IMG/VR virus record: IMGVR_UViG_3300032330_001469
Coordinates: 1 to 36,431 of that record
DNA from: a virus
Taxonomy: Duplodnaviria; Caudoviricetes
Length of the DNA stretch: 36,431 nucleotides
Reading direction: 5' to 3' (one strand)
Both the position numbers and the translations under genes were made by a program. The notes below the pieces were generated by a model, which was not told the origin of the DNA, did not search any database, and was given only the letters and a program-made list of their open reading frames with translations. Shown here piece after piece: positions 25,463 through 34,039 of the stretch. Within the stretch, counting starts at the first letter, position 1, and each line of letters begins with the position of its first letter.

Positions 25463-25534
25463 CCGGCATTAGGCCGAACCCATGAGGGGCGCGCGGCTGC
25501 CTCTTGTGGATTGTCAAGCCGCTATGGTAGAACA

Positions 25535-26443
25535 ATGGAAGACGGGCTTCCCCCAGGTGGGGATGGTGCTTTCGAGGATGATCTGGCGCCTGCCGGATCG
25601 CCCCAGGCACATGAGGGTGGCGCACCAGCCGGCAATGGTGCGGACGGGGCTGAGGCTGCTTTCGAGCGGCAGGGCCAGTCGAGGCGAGAGGCGAAGCGGG
25701 TCGATCAGTTGCTGCGCGAGCGCGCAGAGCTGAGGGATCAGTTGGCAGCCACCCGCACCCAGCGTGATGCCGCCATCAGGGCCGTGCGTCACACAACAGC
25801 GCAGACCATCGACAGCGACATCGGTGCGACCCAGGCTCAGCTTGAGCAGGCGTTTCTCGATGGCGACGCCAAGGCCCATGCGGCGGCGCAGGTCCAGCTC
25901 TCGACGCTGGTCGCCCGCAAGGAAGCTCTGGCATCGCAGCCGCAGCCGCAGGCTACGGTCGCGCAGCCGACGATCAGCGCTGAAACCCAGGAGTGGATCG
26001 ACCGCAACCCCCGTTTCCGCACCGACCCCGCCTGGGGTGGTGAGGCGATGAAGGCGCACCGGGCGGCCCAGGCCCTGGAGATACAGCCCGACACGGCTGA
26101 ATACTTCAGCTTCGTCGAGCAGCAGATCGAGCGCCGCTACCCCGGCACGGTGAACCGTGGCGATGGTGGCCAGCAGACCGAGGAACAGGACGTGCAGGCC
26201 GTGCAGCAGCAGCAGCAGACACCGAACCGCCCCGGCTATCGCGCCGGGCCGGCTCCGGTCGGTCGTGCGGCGCTGCCCGGTCGCACTGGTGTTCGCACCA
26301 CGGTCGACGCGATCCCCGCCAACATGCGGGCGCGCGTGTCCGAGTTCGCCAAGGCATCCGGCCAGACGGAGGCGGAATACTGGGCTTTGGCCCGCAAGCT
26401 CGCCGCCGACGGCAAGATGAACCTCGACAGCCTGAAGGCATAA
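25535..26443 (+). CDS. Probable capsid scaffolding protein
   Basis: Acidic N-terminus, KRVDQL coiled coil, WIDRNPRF...AEYFSFVEQQI, C-terminal helix pair; upstream of the capsid genes. Confidence 0.7.
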   Translation: MEDGLPPGGDGAFEDDLAPAGSPQAHEGGAPAGNGADGAEAAFERQGQSRREAKRVDQLLRERAELRDQLAATRTQRDAAIRAVRHTTAQTIDSDIGATQAQLEQAFLDGDAKAHAAAQVQLSTLVARKEALASQPQPQATVAQPTISAETQEWIDRNPRFRTDPAWGGEAMKAHRAAQALEIQPDTAEYFSFVEQQIERRYPGTVNRGDGGQQTEEQDVQAVQQQQQTPNRPGYRAGPAPVGRAALPGRTGVRTTVDAIPANMRARVSEFAKASGQTEAEYWALARKLAADGKMNLDSLKA

Positions 26444-26447
26444 GCAC

Positions 26448-27011
26448 ATGGCCAACCCCCGCCCGCCCCTGTCCAGCACCGTCCCTGCCGCGCCGCCGCC
26501 GCAGGGTGATGCCCGCGCCTCCCGCGCGGAGGACGACCGCATGTTCGACCTCCGCGAAGACTTCGAGGAGGGCGGCGACAACGACAGCATCCTGCATGTG
26601 CCGCCCCACCTGATCCCGCCCGACACCGAGCTGCGCTGGGTGCGGGAAAGCACGTTGGGCGAGAAGGATCGCGGCAACATGCAGGGCGTCATGGCGCGCG
26701 AGCGCTTCCGCCCGGTGACCAGTGCCGACTTCCCATCGCTGGCGCCGCCGATGCTGCCCGGCGAGAAGGAGCAGGACGAGTTCATCCGCAATGGCGGCCT
26801 GATCCTGATGCACCGCCCGCGCGTGCTGGCGGATCGTCACCGGCAGCGCCTTGCCGAGGTCAACCGCGACGTGTTGCAGACCGTCAAGCGCGACTTCAAC
26901 GCGAAGATGGACGGCAAGAACAGCTTCACCGACCCCGGCAGCAACGTCGAGGTCACCGAGACGACGCCCGAGGGCCGCCAGCGCATGTCGCGCCAGCGGT
27001 TCGCCGAGTAG
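26448..27011 (+). CDS. Head-module protein
   Basis: LRWVRESTLGEKDRGN...FRPV...IRNGGLILM. Confidence 0.7.
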   Translation: MANPRPPLSSTVPAAPPPQGDARASRAEDDRMFDLREDFEEGGDNDSILHVPPHLIPPDTELRWVRESTLGEKDRGNMQGVMARERFRPVTSADFPSLAPPMLPGEKEQDEFIRNGGLILMHRPRVLADRHRQRLAEVNRDVLQTVKRDFNAKMDGKNSFTDPGSNVEVTETTPEGRQRMSRQRFAE

Positions 27012-27020
27012 CAGCCCAGG

Positions 27021-27040
27021 CCGGCGGCCTCGGCCGCCGG
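27021..27040 (+). other. Stable stem-loop before the capsid genes
   Basis: ccggcggc-ctcg-gccgccgg. Confidence 0.5.
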
Positions 27041-27076
27041 TGATCCCTTCCTCGCCAAGCAACGGAGACACCCACC

Positions 27077-27709
27077 ATGGCGAACACCAATGCCCCCTTC
27101 GGCTTCCGCCCGGTGGGTCGCGTTGCCGGTCAGATGCCGAATGGCGCGATGACCAAGTACCGGCTCGCCTCCGGCACGGCGAGCAACATCTTCGTCGGTG
27201 ATCCGGTGAAGTTCCTGACCACCGGCTACATCGACAAGGCCGGCGTGTCCGATCAGATTCGCGGCGTGGTCGCGGCGATCAAGTGGATCGACACCAGCGG
27301 CAAGGATGCCACGGCGGCCTACTGGGCCTCGGGCACCACCACGCTGAACGGCGCCGACGCCGACATCTACGTCTACGACGACCCGTTCGAGATTTTCGAG
27401 GTCCAGTATGGCTTCAACGACGGCTCTGCGCCGGCGAAGGGCGACCTGGGCCAGACCTTCAACGGTATCCTGGGCACGCTGGCCGGCACGGTGACCACCA
27501 TCGGCACCACCGCCGCCACCACCAGCCCCGGCAACTTCCAGACCGGCGTGTCCTTCGCGGCCATCGACACCTCGGTTCGCAACGGCACATCCACCGTCTG
27601 GCGCCTGCTGGACTGGTCGAGCAAGCCCGACAACGACACCGCCTCGGCCTACGCCCGCGCGCTGGTGACGCCGGCCCTGCACGACTTCCGCGTCAACGCC
27701 GGCATCTAA
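27077..27709 (+). CDS. Probable minor capsid/decoration protein
   Basis: MANTNAPFGFRPV...IFVGDPV...VYDDP..IFEVQ; immediately upstream of the MCP. Confidence 0.7.
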   Translation: MANTNAPFGFRPVGRVAGQMPNGAMTKYRLASGTASNIFVGDPVKFLTTGYIDKAGVSDQIRGVVAAIKWIDTSGKDATAAYWASGTTTLNGADADIYVYDDPFEIFEVQYGFNDGSAPAKGDLGQTFNGILGTLAGTVTTIGTTAATTSPGNFQTGVSFAAIDTSVRNGTSTVWRLLDWSSKPDNDTASAYARALVTPALHDFRVNAGI

Positions 27710-27733
27710 GCGGCAAGCTGAGGAGAACCTTCG

Positions 27734-28633
27734 ATGGCTATCACCACCTCCCAGGTCCGCGACCTTCTGTTGCCGGGCCTCAACAACATCTTCAGCCAGT
27801 ACGACACGCTGCCGGCTGAGTGGACCGACATCTTCGAGGTCAGCGACTCGGATATGCAGACCGAGCGCGACGTGGAGATGAAGCTGCTGGGCCTCGCCTC
27901 GCAGCGCGCCGAAGGCGCCGGCACGACCTTCGAGGACATGGGCGAGCGCTACGTCTCCACCTACCGGCACATCGGCATCGCGCTGGGCTACGTGATGACG
28001 AAGTTCGCCATCCGCGACAACCTCTACAAGTCGCAGTTCAACCCGAACACAACCGCGCTGCGGCATAGCCTCCAGCAGACCAAGGAGGTCTATGCGGCGG
28101 CGGTGCTGAACAACGCCGCGTCCAGCTCCTTCCTGGGCGGCGACGGCCAGCCGCTGCTGAGCGTGGCGCACCCCATCGACGTTGGCGTGGTCGCCAACAC
28201 GCCGGTGGTGCAGGCCGAGCTGAACGAGACATCCATGCAGGATGCGCTGATCGCGGTGCGTCGCTACAAGGACGCCGCCGGCCTGCGCGTGCTGATCCGC
28301 GCCGAGAAGATGATTATCCCGCCGGAGCTTCAGTTCGTCGCCTCGCGCCTGATGTCGACGGAGCTGCGCGTCGGCACCGCCGACAACGACATCAACGCGG
28401 TGCGGAAGCTGAACTTCCTCAACGGCGGCTACAAGATCAACGACTTCCTGACCAACACGAAGTCGTGGTTCATCCGCACCGATGTGCCCAAGAGCCTGCG
28501 GCACTTCAAGCGCGACCCGGTCGAGAGCGATATGTTCGTCGACTTCACCACCGACAACCTGCTGGTCAAGGCGACCGAGCGCTACAGCTTCGGCTGGAGC
28601 AACTTCCGGGGCATCTACGGCAACATGCCGTGA
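27734..28633 (+). CDS. Major capsid protein
   Basis: LLLPGLNNIFSQY, TKFAIRDNLY, TKEVYAAAVLNNA, GGDGQPLLSVAHP, IIPPELQFVA.RL, ERYSFGWSNFRGIYG. Confidence 0.9.
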   Translation: MAITTSQVRDLLLPGLNNIFSQYDTLPAEWTDIFEVSDSDMQTERDVEMKLLGLASQRAEGAGTTFEDMGERYVSTYRHIGIALGYVMTKFAIRDNLYKSQFNPNTTALRHSLQQTKEVYAAAVLNNAASSSFLGGDGQPLLSVAHPIDVGVVANTPVVQAELNETSMQDALIAVRRYKDAAGLRVLIRAEKMIIPPELQFVASRLMSTELRVGTADNDINAVRKLNFLNGGYKINDFLTNTKSWFIRTDVPKSLRHFKRDPVESDMFVDFTTDNLLVKATERYSFGWSNFRGIYGNMP

Positions 28634-28639
28634 CCTGCT

Positions 28640-28669
28640 GACGCCGGGCATCGCAGGGTGCCCGGCGTC
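28640..28669 (+). terminator. Stem-loop after the MCP gene (terminator or mRNA stabiliser)
   Basis: gacgccgggcatc/ggtgcccggcgtc, 13 bp, no U tract. Confidence 0.5.
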
Positions 28670-28707
28670 GCACCCCCACCACCCGCAGCAGCAGAAGGAT
28701 CGGCGGC

Positions 28708-29886
28708 ATGACCGCGACACATGAAACCGGGCCGGCGATCATCATCGGCTACACCCCCGGCACCGGCGGCAGCAACCCCGAGGCCGGGCCGTCGGCGACC
28801 TACATGGCCGACAGCATCCTCGACCCGCGCTGGCCGGTGAACCCCGGCGCCACTGGCCTGGGCCACGTCAAGGGCTTCCTGAACCACCCCTACCCGACGC
28901 TGGTGGATGCGGTTCCCGCGACGCTGTCGGCGACCCAGGTCTGCCCGGCGCTGGCCGCCACCACCGCCATCGCGGTGGCCGCGCAGACCTTCCCGATGCA
29001 GACCACCAACAGCGGCCTCGCCCGCGCGGTCAACATCCCCGTGCCGACCTTCGGGCGGCAGGTCATCGCGGCGAACAACACCTCCTGCATGGCGCTGGAC
29101 CCCGGCCACACCATCGGCACCACGGCGGTCGGCTCGAAGGTCGTCTCCTCGGTCGGCGACACCCGCATGCTGGCGCCCGGCCAGTTCGTCGGCATTCCCG
29201 GCGCGCTGTCGGCCACCACCATGCTGGTGGCCCGCGTGCTGTCCCGCACGGTCAACTCGCTGACGCTGGACACGGCGGCCGGCGCGGTGGTGACCGGCGG
29301 CCCGATCCTTGTGCTGGACCCCACCGGCACCGGCGTCTGGCCCGGCATCAATGCTGGCGCGGTGCAGTTGTTCGATCCCTGTAGCACGCTGAGCCGCGCC
29401 GTCAGCGTCGTCGCCGGCACCTCGGATGGCGGCTATGTCGTCACCGTCACCGGCTTCGACTGCTTCCTCAACCCGATGAGCGAGCAGATCACCTCGGTCG
29501 CGGCGTCGACGGCGAACGGCAAGAAGGCGTTCAAGTACATCTCCGGCGTCACCGTGGCGCGCGGCGCCGGCGGCGCGACGGTGACGACCAGCTTGTCGGT
29601 CGGCACGACGGACATCTTCGGCTTCAACCTGCGGGTCGAGAAGTACGAATACTGCAACATCCAGTGGAACGGCGGCACGATCACCTCGAACACCGGGCTG
29701 GTAACCGGCCTGTCGCTGGCCACCGCCTCGACCGCCACCACGGGCGATGTGCGCGGCACCTATGCCGTGCAGTCGGCCAGCGACGGCAGCAAGCGCTTCG
29801 CGGTGATGATGTCGGTGCCGATGCAGCAGCTCATCGCCAGCACCTACGCCGACTACTCCAGCCTGTTCGGTCAGGCCCAGGCGTAA
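28708..29886 (+). CDS. Virion structural protein (Thr/Ala/Gly-rich, beta)
   Basis: Follows the MCP; VTVTGFD...MSEQIT...GKKAFKYI...SVGTTDIFG...ATATTGDVRGTY. Confidence 0.65.
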   Translation: MTATHETGPAIIIGYTPGTGGSNPEAGPSATYMADSILDPRWPVNPGATGLGHVKGFLNHPYPTLVDAVPATLSATQVCPALAATTAIAVAAQTFPMQTTNSGLARAVNIPVPTFGRQVIAANNTSCMALDPGHTIGTTAVGSKVVSSVGDTRMLAPGQFVGIPGALSATTMLVARVLSRTVNSLTLDTAAGAVVTGGPILVLDPTGTGVWPGINAGAVQLFDPCSTLSRAVSVVAGTSDGGYVVTVTGFDCFLNPMSEQITSVAASTANGKKAFKYISGVTVARGAGGATVTTSLSVGTTDIFGFNLRVEKYEYCNIQWNGGTITSNTGLVTGLSLATASTATTGDVRGTYAVQSASDGSKRFAVMMSVPMQQLIASTYADYSSLFGQAQA

Positions 29887-29894
29887 GCCACGAC

Positions 29895-29916
29895 GGCGGG
29901 GGCTTCGGCCCCCGTC
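29895..29916 (+). terminator. C(UUCG)G tetraloop hairpin
   Basis: ggcgggggc-ttcg-gcccccgtc, no clear U tract. Confidence 0.5.
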
Positions 29917-29940
29917 TCCACCTCCGCAGGAGAGCCGACC

Positions 29941-30282
29941 ATGCAGCCCGTCACCCGCAGCCTCTCCGCAACCGGCGACAGCGGCGCCGTCGTCATGGAC
30001 ATCATGGCGCAGCCGTTCAACGCCAGCGTGGCGGTCGCCATCGTCGGCACCAGCGCCACATACAGCGTCGCCTACACCCTCGACGACCCCAACACCTTCG
30101 CCTCGGCGGCGGCCTTCCTGTCGGGCGCGACGTGGTTCACCCACGCCACCCTGGCGGCGCAGACCACCAACCAGTTCGGCAACGTCGCCTTCCCGGTGAA
30201 GGCGCTGAAGCTGACCGTGTCGGCGATCAGCGCGGCGGTGGTGACGATGACGGTGATCCAGACCGGCAGCGGCAGGGTCTGA
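29941..30282 (+). CDS. Small beta-rich virion protein
   Basis: GGAG SD; YSVAYTLDDP...WF.H...FPVKALKL. Confidence 0.65.
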   Translation: MQPVTRSLSATGDSGAVVMDIMAQPFNASVAVAIVGTSATYSVAYTLDDPNTFASAAAFLSGATWFTHATLAAQTTNQFGNVAFPVKALKLTVSAISAAVVTMTVIQTGSGRV

Positions 30283-30286
30283 GCCG

Positions 30287-31675
30287 ATGAGCGGCGCCAT
30301 GGGCGGCGCGACGCCGAACCATCCTTGGTCGCTGGCGAACGCGCGCATCTTCGACGACCCGACGCTGGGCGGCCCCGGTGACGCGCACGTCAACGTGCCG
30401 TCGTCGTCCTGGCCCTTCCTGCCCGGCAAGCTCGACCCGAACTTCACCGTCACCCGCGCCCAGGCATCCGGCGCCGTGGCGACCAGCTTCGGCCGCGACG
30501 ACGCCTCGCTGGCCTCCTGGCTGGCTGATGTGCCGCGCTACGACGGCTCCGGCCAGAGCCTGCTGCTGGAGCCGGGGGCGACCAACTGGGTTCGCAACCC
30601 GCGCTGCGAGGGCTATGTCGCCGGCACGCCCGGCACCATGCCGACCAACTGGCTTCAGGCGATGGTTGCCGGCGTCGGCATCACGCTGCTGGGCACCTAC
30701 AAGCTCGGCGACATGACGGTCGGGCGCTACCGCGTGTTCGGCACGCCGACCGTCGGGGGCGCGTGCGTGCTGTCCTACGACTGGGGTGGCCCCGGCCTGA
30801 CCGGGCAGGTCGAGGGAACGCCGTTCACCCAGGGCGTGTGGTGCGCCATGACCGGCGGCTCGATGACCAACATCTCGTCGGTCAATCACTGGGTCAACAT
30901 CCGAGATAGCTTGTCGGCCGACATGCCGATCCCGCAGAACGCCTTCACCCCGACGGCGTCGCTGAAGTTCTACCAAGAAGCCTTCACCATGACCGGCGGC
31001 ACGGCGCCCTATGCGCTGACCGGCCTCGCGGTGCTGATCTACCCGGTGCTGAACCAGCCCATCGACATCACGCTGGACATCGGCGCCCCGTCGTTCGTGA
31101 CCTCGGTCCCGACCAACATCCTCGGCTCGGTCGTGCTGCCGCCCATCGGCGCCCCGGCCGTCTCCACGCGCGCCGACGACAGCGTCACCGCGCCGCGCAG
31201 CGCGATCTTTCCGGCGAACCGTGGCACCTTGCTGATCGACGGCACGCTGAAGGTCGACCTGACCGGCAGCGGCCTGTTCCCGGTCCTGGCGGCTTGGTAC
31301 ACCGACGCCAACAACTGGTTCGGCATCTACTTCAACAGCGGCACCGGCCGGGTCGCGGCGACCGGCACCACGGCTGGCGTGCAGAGCTTCGATACCGCCC
31401 TCTCGCTGCCGAGCTACCTGATCGGCTTCAACACCCGCATCGGGATGACCTTCAACGCCTCTGGTGCCGGCGGCACCCATGTCGTGCGGGTTGCCGCCAG
31501 GGTCGGCAGCAGCGTCGGCAGTTTCCAGATCGGCGGCCTGACGCTGCCGGCGACGACGTTGTTCGGCTTCGGCCGCTACAGCTTGCCGGTCGCGGCGCCG
31601 ATGAGTATCGGCCGCGCCCAGATCATCCCGCAGGTTCTCGGATTGCCGGCCATCAAGGCGATGATGAACGCATAG
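30287..31675 (+). CDS. Head spike/fibre-like structural protein
   Basis: FTVTRA...PRYD..LLLEPGATNWVRN and STRADD motifs typical of spike/fibre domains with a lectin-like C-terminus. Confidence 0.6.
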   Translation: MSGAMGGATPNHPWSLANARIFDDPTLGGPGDAHVNVPSSSWPFLPGKLDPNFTVTRAQASGAVATSFGRDDASLASWLADVPRYDGSGQSLLLEPGATNWVRNPRCEGYVAGTPGTMPTNWLQAMVAGVGITLLGTYKLGDMTVGRYRVFGTPTVGGACVLSYDWGGPGLTGQVEGTPFTQGVWCAMTGGSMTNISSVNHWVNIRDSLSADMPIPQNAFTPTASLKFYQEAFTMTGGTAPYALTGLAVLIYPVLNQPIDITLDIGAPSFVTSVPTNILGSVVLPPIGAPAVSTRADDSVTAPRSAIFPANRGTLLIDGTLKVDLTGSGLFPVLAAWYTDANNWFGIYFNSGTGRVAATGTTAGVQSFDTALSLPSYLIGFNTRIGMTFNASGAGGTHVVRVAARVGSSVGSFQIGGLTLPATTLFGFGRYSLPVAAPMSIGRAQIIPQVLGLPAIKAMMNA

Positions 31676-31684
31676 GAGGTTGCC

Positions 31685-31948
31685 GTGAGCAACGAAGACA
31701 TGATGCGGGCCGGCATGGCGCGGCGGAACAGCCAGTGCTGCCCGGCCGGCGGCGGTCGCTCGAACGGAGGCCGGGTGGCGAAGGCGGCCTACGCCAACGG
31801 CGGCGACGTGTCGGCTCCGCTGGGCGGCTCCTGGGGCGCCCCGAAGGCGCCGATGCAGCGCGACGACGCCGGCCAGGACGCGACCCAGGCGGCGCAGAAG
31901 CCGCGCGGCCTGTTCTCGGGCGGTGGCCGGGTCAAGGGTGGCTGCTGA
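31685..31948 (+). CDS. Small Gly-rich protein with three xxGGxV motifs
   Basis: GGAGG SD, GTG start; RSNGGRV, YANGGDV, FSGGGRV. Confidence 0.6.
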   Translation: MSNEDMMRAGMARRNSQCCPAGGGRSNGGRVAKAAYANGGDVSAPLGGSWGAPKAPMQRDDAGQDATQAAQKPRGLFSGGGRVKGGC

Positions 31949-32622
31949 TGCCGCCCGAAGACCCCTCGGGCGCGCTCCAGGCACTGGCCAACCGCGCCCG
32001 CCACTGGGCGGCGCAGGGCGACACCGCCCGCGCCCTGGAGGCGTACCAGCGGCTCGCCCAGGCCGGTATCAGCGACCCGGCGATGACCCGCGAGATTGCC
32101 CGGCTGCGCGCCCTGAACGTCGCGGCCGAGCCGCCGATGCGCCCCGATGGCCGGCCGCAGGCGCGCAACGCGCCGATGCCGCAGCCCACGGCTGAGCCGC
32201 CGCCGGAGCGCCGCGCCCTCCCCGGCCGCGATCCGGCGACGCCGAACACCTTCCTGGGCCGCGTGGCCTCGGGTCGCTGGTCGTGGCCACGCGAGCCGCA
32301 GCCGCCCGCCCAGGCCGGTCAGCCCGCCGAGGCTGCCACCACCACGCCACCGGCGCCGGCGGCGCCCCAGCCTCAGCCCAGGACGCCGACGACCGAGTTG
32401 CCGGAGGTGGTGGTCACCGCCCAGGCGCCGCGCCGCCAGCCCCCGGCCCGGCGCGAGAGCGAGGCCGACGTGCTGAACGCGCTGGAGCTGGAGCGCATCG
32501 GTCGCCAGAACCAGGGCCTGCCCGGTGCCGAGGTCAGTGACCTCTGGGGTCGGCCGGCCGGATATGCCCATGGCGGCCGGGTCAAGGGCGCCAGGATGAA
32601 CCGAAGCGGAAGGATGCGCTGA
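31948..32622 (+). CDS. TPR-like/Pro-rich protein with a TonB-box-like motif and a YAHGGRV tail
   Basis: TGATG coupling; helix pair AQGDTARALEAYQRL; ELPEVVVTAQ; YAHGGRVKGARMNRSGR. Confidence 0.6.
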   Translation: MPPEDPSGALQALANRARHWAAQGDTARALEAYQRLAQAGISDPAMTREIARLRALNVAAEPPMRPDGRPQARNAPMPQPTAEPPPERRALPGRDPATPNTFLGRVASGRWSWPREPQPPAQAGQPAEAATTTPPAPAAPQPQPRTPTTELPEVVVTAQAPRRQPPARRESEADVLNALELERIGRQNQGLPGAEVSDLWGRPAGYAHGGRVKGARMNRSGRMR

Positions 32623-32624
32623 CC

Positions 32625-32876
32625 ATGGCCAAGACCCCCGAGCGCCTGCCGCTGCCGCCCCCGGCGCCGCCGCGCGAGAGCCGCACCTCGACCCCGCCGC
32701 CGCAGCCGGCCCAGCCGCCCATTGGCCGCGATTACCCGTCGTGGACCGACAAGAACCCGGTGCGCCGCACTGGCCTCGCCACCGGCGGCGTGGCGGGCGC
32801 CAAGATGAACAACTCCGGCCGTTCGGGTGGCTGCCCCTGCTGCGGCGGCTCGATGGGTCGCTGCGCCTGCTGCTGA
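32625..32876 (+). CDS. Small Pro-rich protein with LATGG..MNNSGR motif and Cys-rich C-terminus
   Basis: Ends GGCPCCGGSMGRCACC. Confidence 0.55.
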   Translation: MAKTPERLPLPPPAPPRESRTSTPPPQPAQPPIGRDYPSWTDKNPVRRTGLATGGVAGAKMNNSGRSGGCPCCGGSMGRCACC

Positions 32877-32887
32877 GGAGCTGAGCC

Positions 32888-33553
32888 ATGGCCACCTCCG
32901 GCACCTTCAACTGGTCGCTCGCCGGCGACGACATCCTGACCGAGGTCTGGGAGCGCTGCGGCAAGAACCCGGCGACGCTCAATGCTGACGTGATCCGCAG
33001 CGCGCTCCGCAGCGTGCAGCTCATGCTGGTCGACTGGACGAACCGGGGGCTGAACCTCTGGCAGGTCGACCAGCAGACCACGACCATCGGCGCGCTCAGC
33101 AGCACCGTCAGCACCACGCCGGCGACCACCGACGTGCTGGAAGCCTGGGTCACCGACAGCAGCGGCATCAACCGCGTGCTGGCGGCGATCAGCCGCGACG
33201 AGTACGCGGCGCTGCCGATGCCCAGCACGCAATCGAGCATGCCGACCCAGTTCTGGGTCGAGCGCGTCAACCCGCAGCCGATCCTGCACATCTACCCGGT
33301 GCCGACGGCGGCCATCTCGCTGACCTACAACCGGGTGCGGCTGCCGCAGGACTTCAGCGCGCTGAGCCAGACCGTGGAGTCGCCCATCCTCTGGAGCGAG
33401 GCGGTCTGCGCCGGGCTGGCCGCCAAGATGGCGTTGAAGTTCGCCCCCGACCGATTTTCAACCCTGAAGGGATTGGCCGAGGAGGCGTATAACGCTGCGG
33501 CTGTCGAGAACCGCGAGCGGGTTCCGATGTCCATCCTGCCGGAGCTTTACTGA
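32888..33553 (+). CDS. Probable head-tail adaptor / tail tubular protein
   Basis: MATSGTF...E.WERCG...SALRSVQLMLVDWTNRGLNLW, ISRDEY..LP, PTQFW, IYPVP. Confidence 0.7.
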   Translation: MATSGTFNWSLAGDDILTEVWERCGKNPATLNADVIRSALRSVQLMLVDWTNRGLNLWQVDQQTTTIGALSSTVSTTPATTDVLEAWVTDSSGINRVLAAISRDEYAALPMPSTQSSMPTQFWVERVNPQPILHIYPVPTAAISLTYNRVRLPQDFSALSQTVESPILWSEAVCAGLAAKMALKFAPDRFSTLKGLAEEAYNAAAVENRERVPMSILPELY

Positions 33554-33789
33554 TGCCAGAAGACCCGCGCTACGCCCCCGACCTGCGCGCCGCCGCGCAG
33601 AACGCCGACGGCAGCTACAGCCTGCCGCGCGCCATGGCCTGGATGTCCGAGGTGCTGAACCCCGGCCAGGGCGTGCCGGAGGCGCGGGTGCGCGAGCTGA
33701 TCGAGCAGGCCCAGGCCCGCCGCAAGGCCGAGGTGCTGGCCGAGCAGAGCGCCAAGACATGCGAGGGGCCGCCGCATGCCGGCACTTAG
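33553..33789 (+). CDS. Hypothetical protein
   Basis: TGATG coupling. Confidence 0.55.
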   Translation: MPEDPRYAPDLRAAAQNADGSYSLPRAMAWMSEVLNPGQGVPEARVRELIEQAQARRKAEVLAEQSAKTCEGPPHAGT

Positions 33790-34039
33790 CCAATACGGCA
33801 ACGTCGACGCCAGCAACCCAGAGGCGGCCGGTCGCTGCGACCGGGGCGGTGAGGTTCGCAAGCGCAGCGAGCTGAAGCGCGAGATGATCTATGCCGGCGG
33901 CCAGCTCGTCTGGAATGGCTTCCTCTGCTGCGACCAGCACCGCGACCGGCCGCAGCCGCAGGAGGCCCTGCTGGTCCTGAAGGCCGACCCGGTTCCGGTG
34001 TTGCAGCCGCGCCCGCTGTTCGATGATGGGAACGCCTGA
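33776..34039 (+). CDS. Small Cys-containing tail-module protein
   Basis: AAGRCDRGG...LKRE...GFLCC...DRPQPQ...DPVPVLQPRP. Confidence 0.65.
   Translation: MPALSQYGNVDASNPEAAGRCDRGGEVRKRSELKREMIYAGGQLVWNGFLCCDQHRDRPQPQEALLVLKADPVPVLQPRPLFDDGNA

Noticed and set aside
28631-28711. Possible readthrough or frameshift extension of the MCP (TGA-C followed by a hairpin)
   Set aside because: Readthrough stops after ~25 codons, the frame of the next gene has a stop just past the MCP end, and there is no slippery site
31685-32876. Double-glycine bacteriocin/RiPP precursors
   Set aside because: GG motifs are C-terminal or repeated rather than ending an N-terminal leader; no peptidase-transporter or modifying enzyme in the window; context is structural
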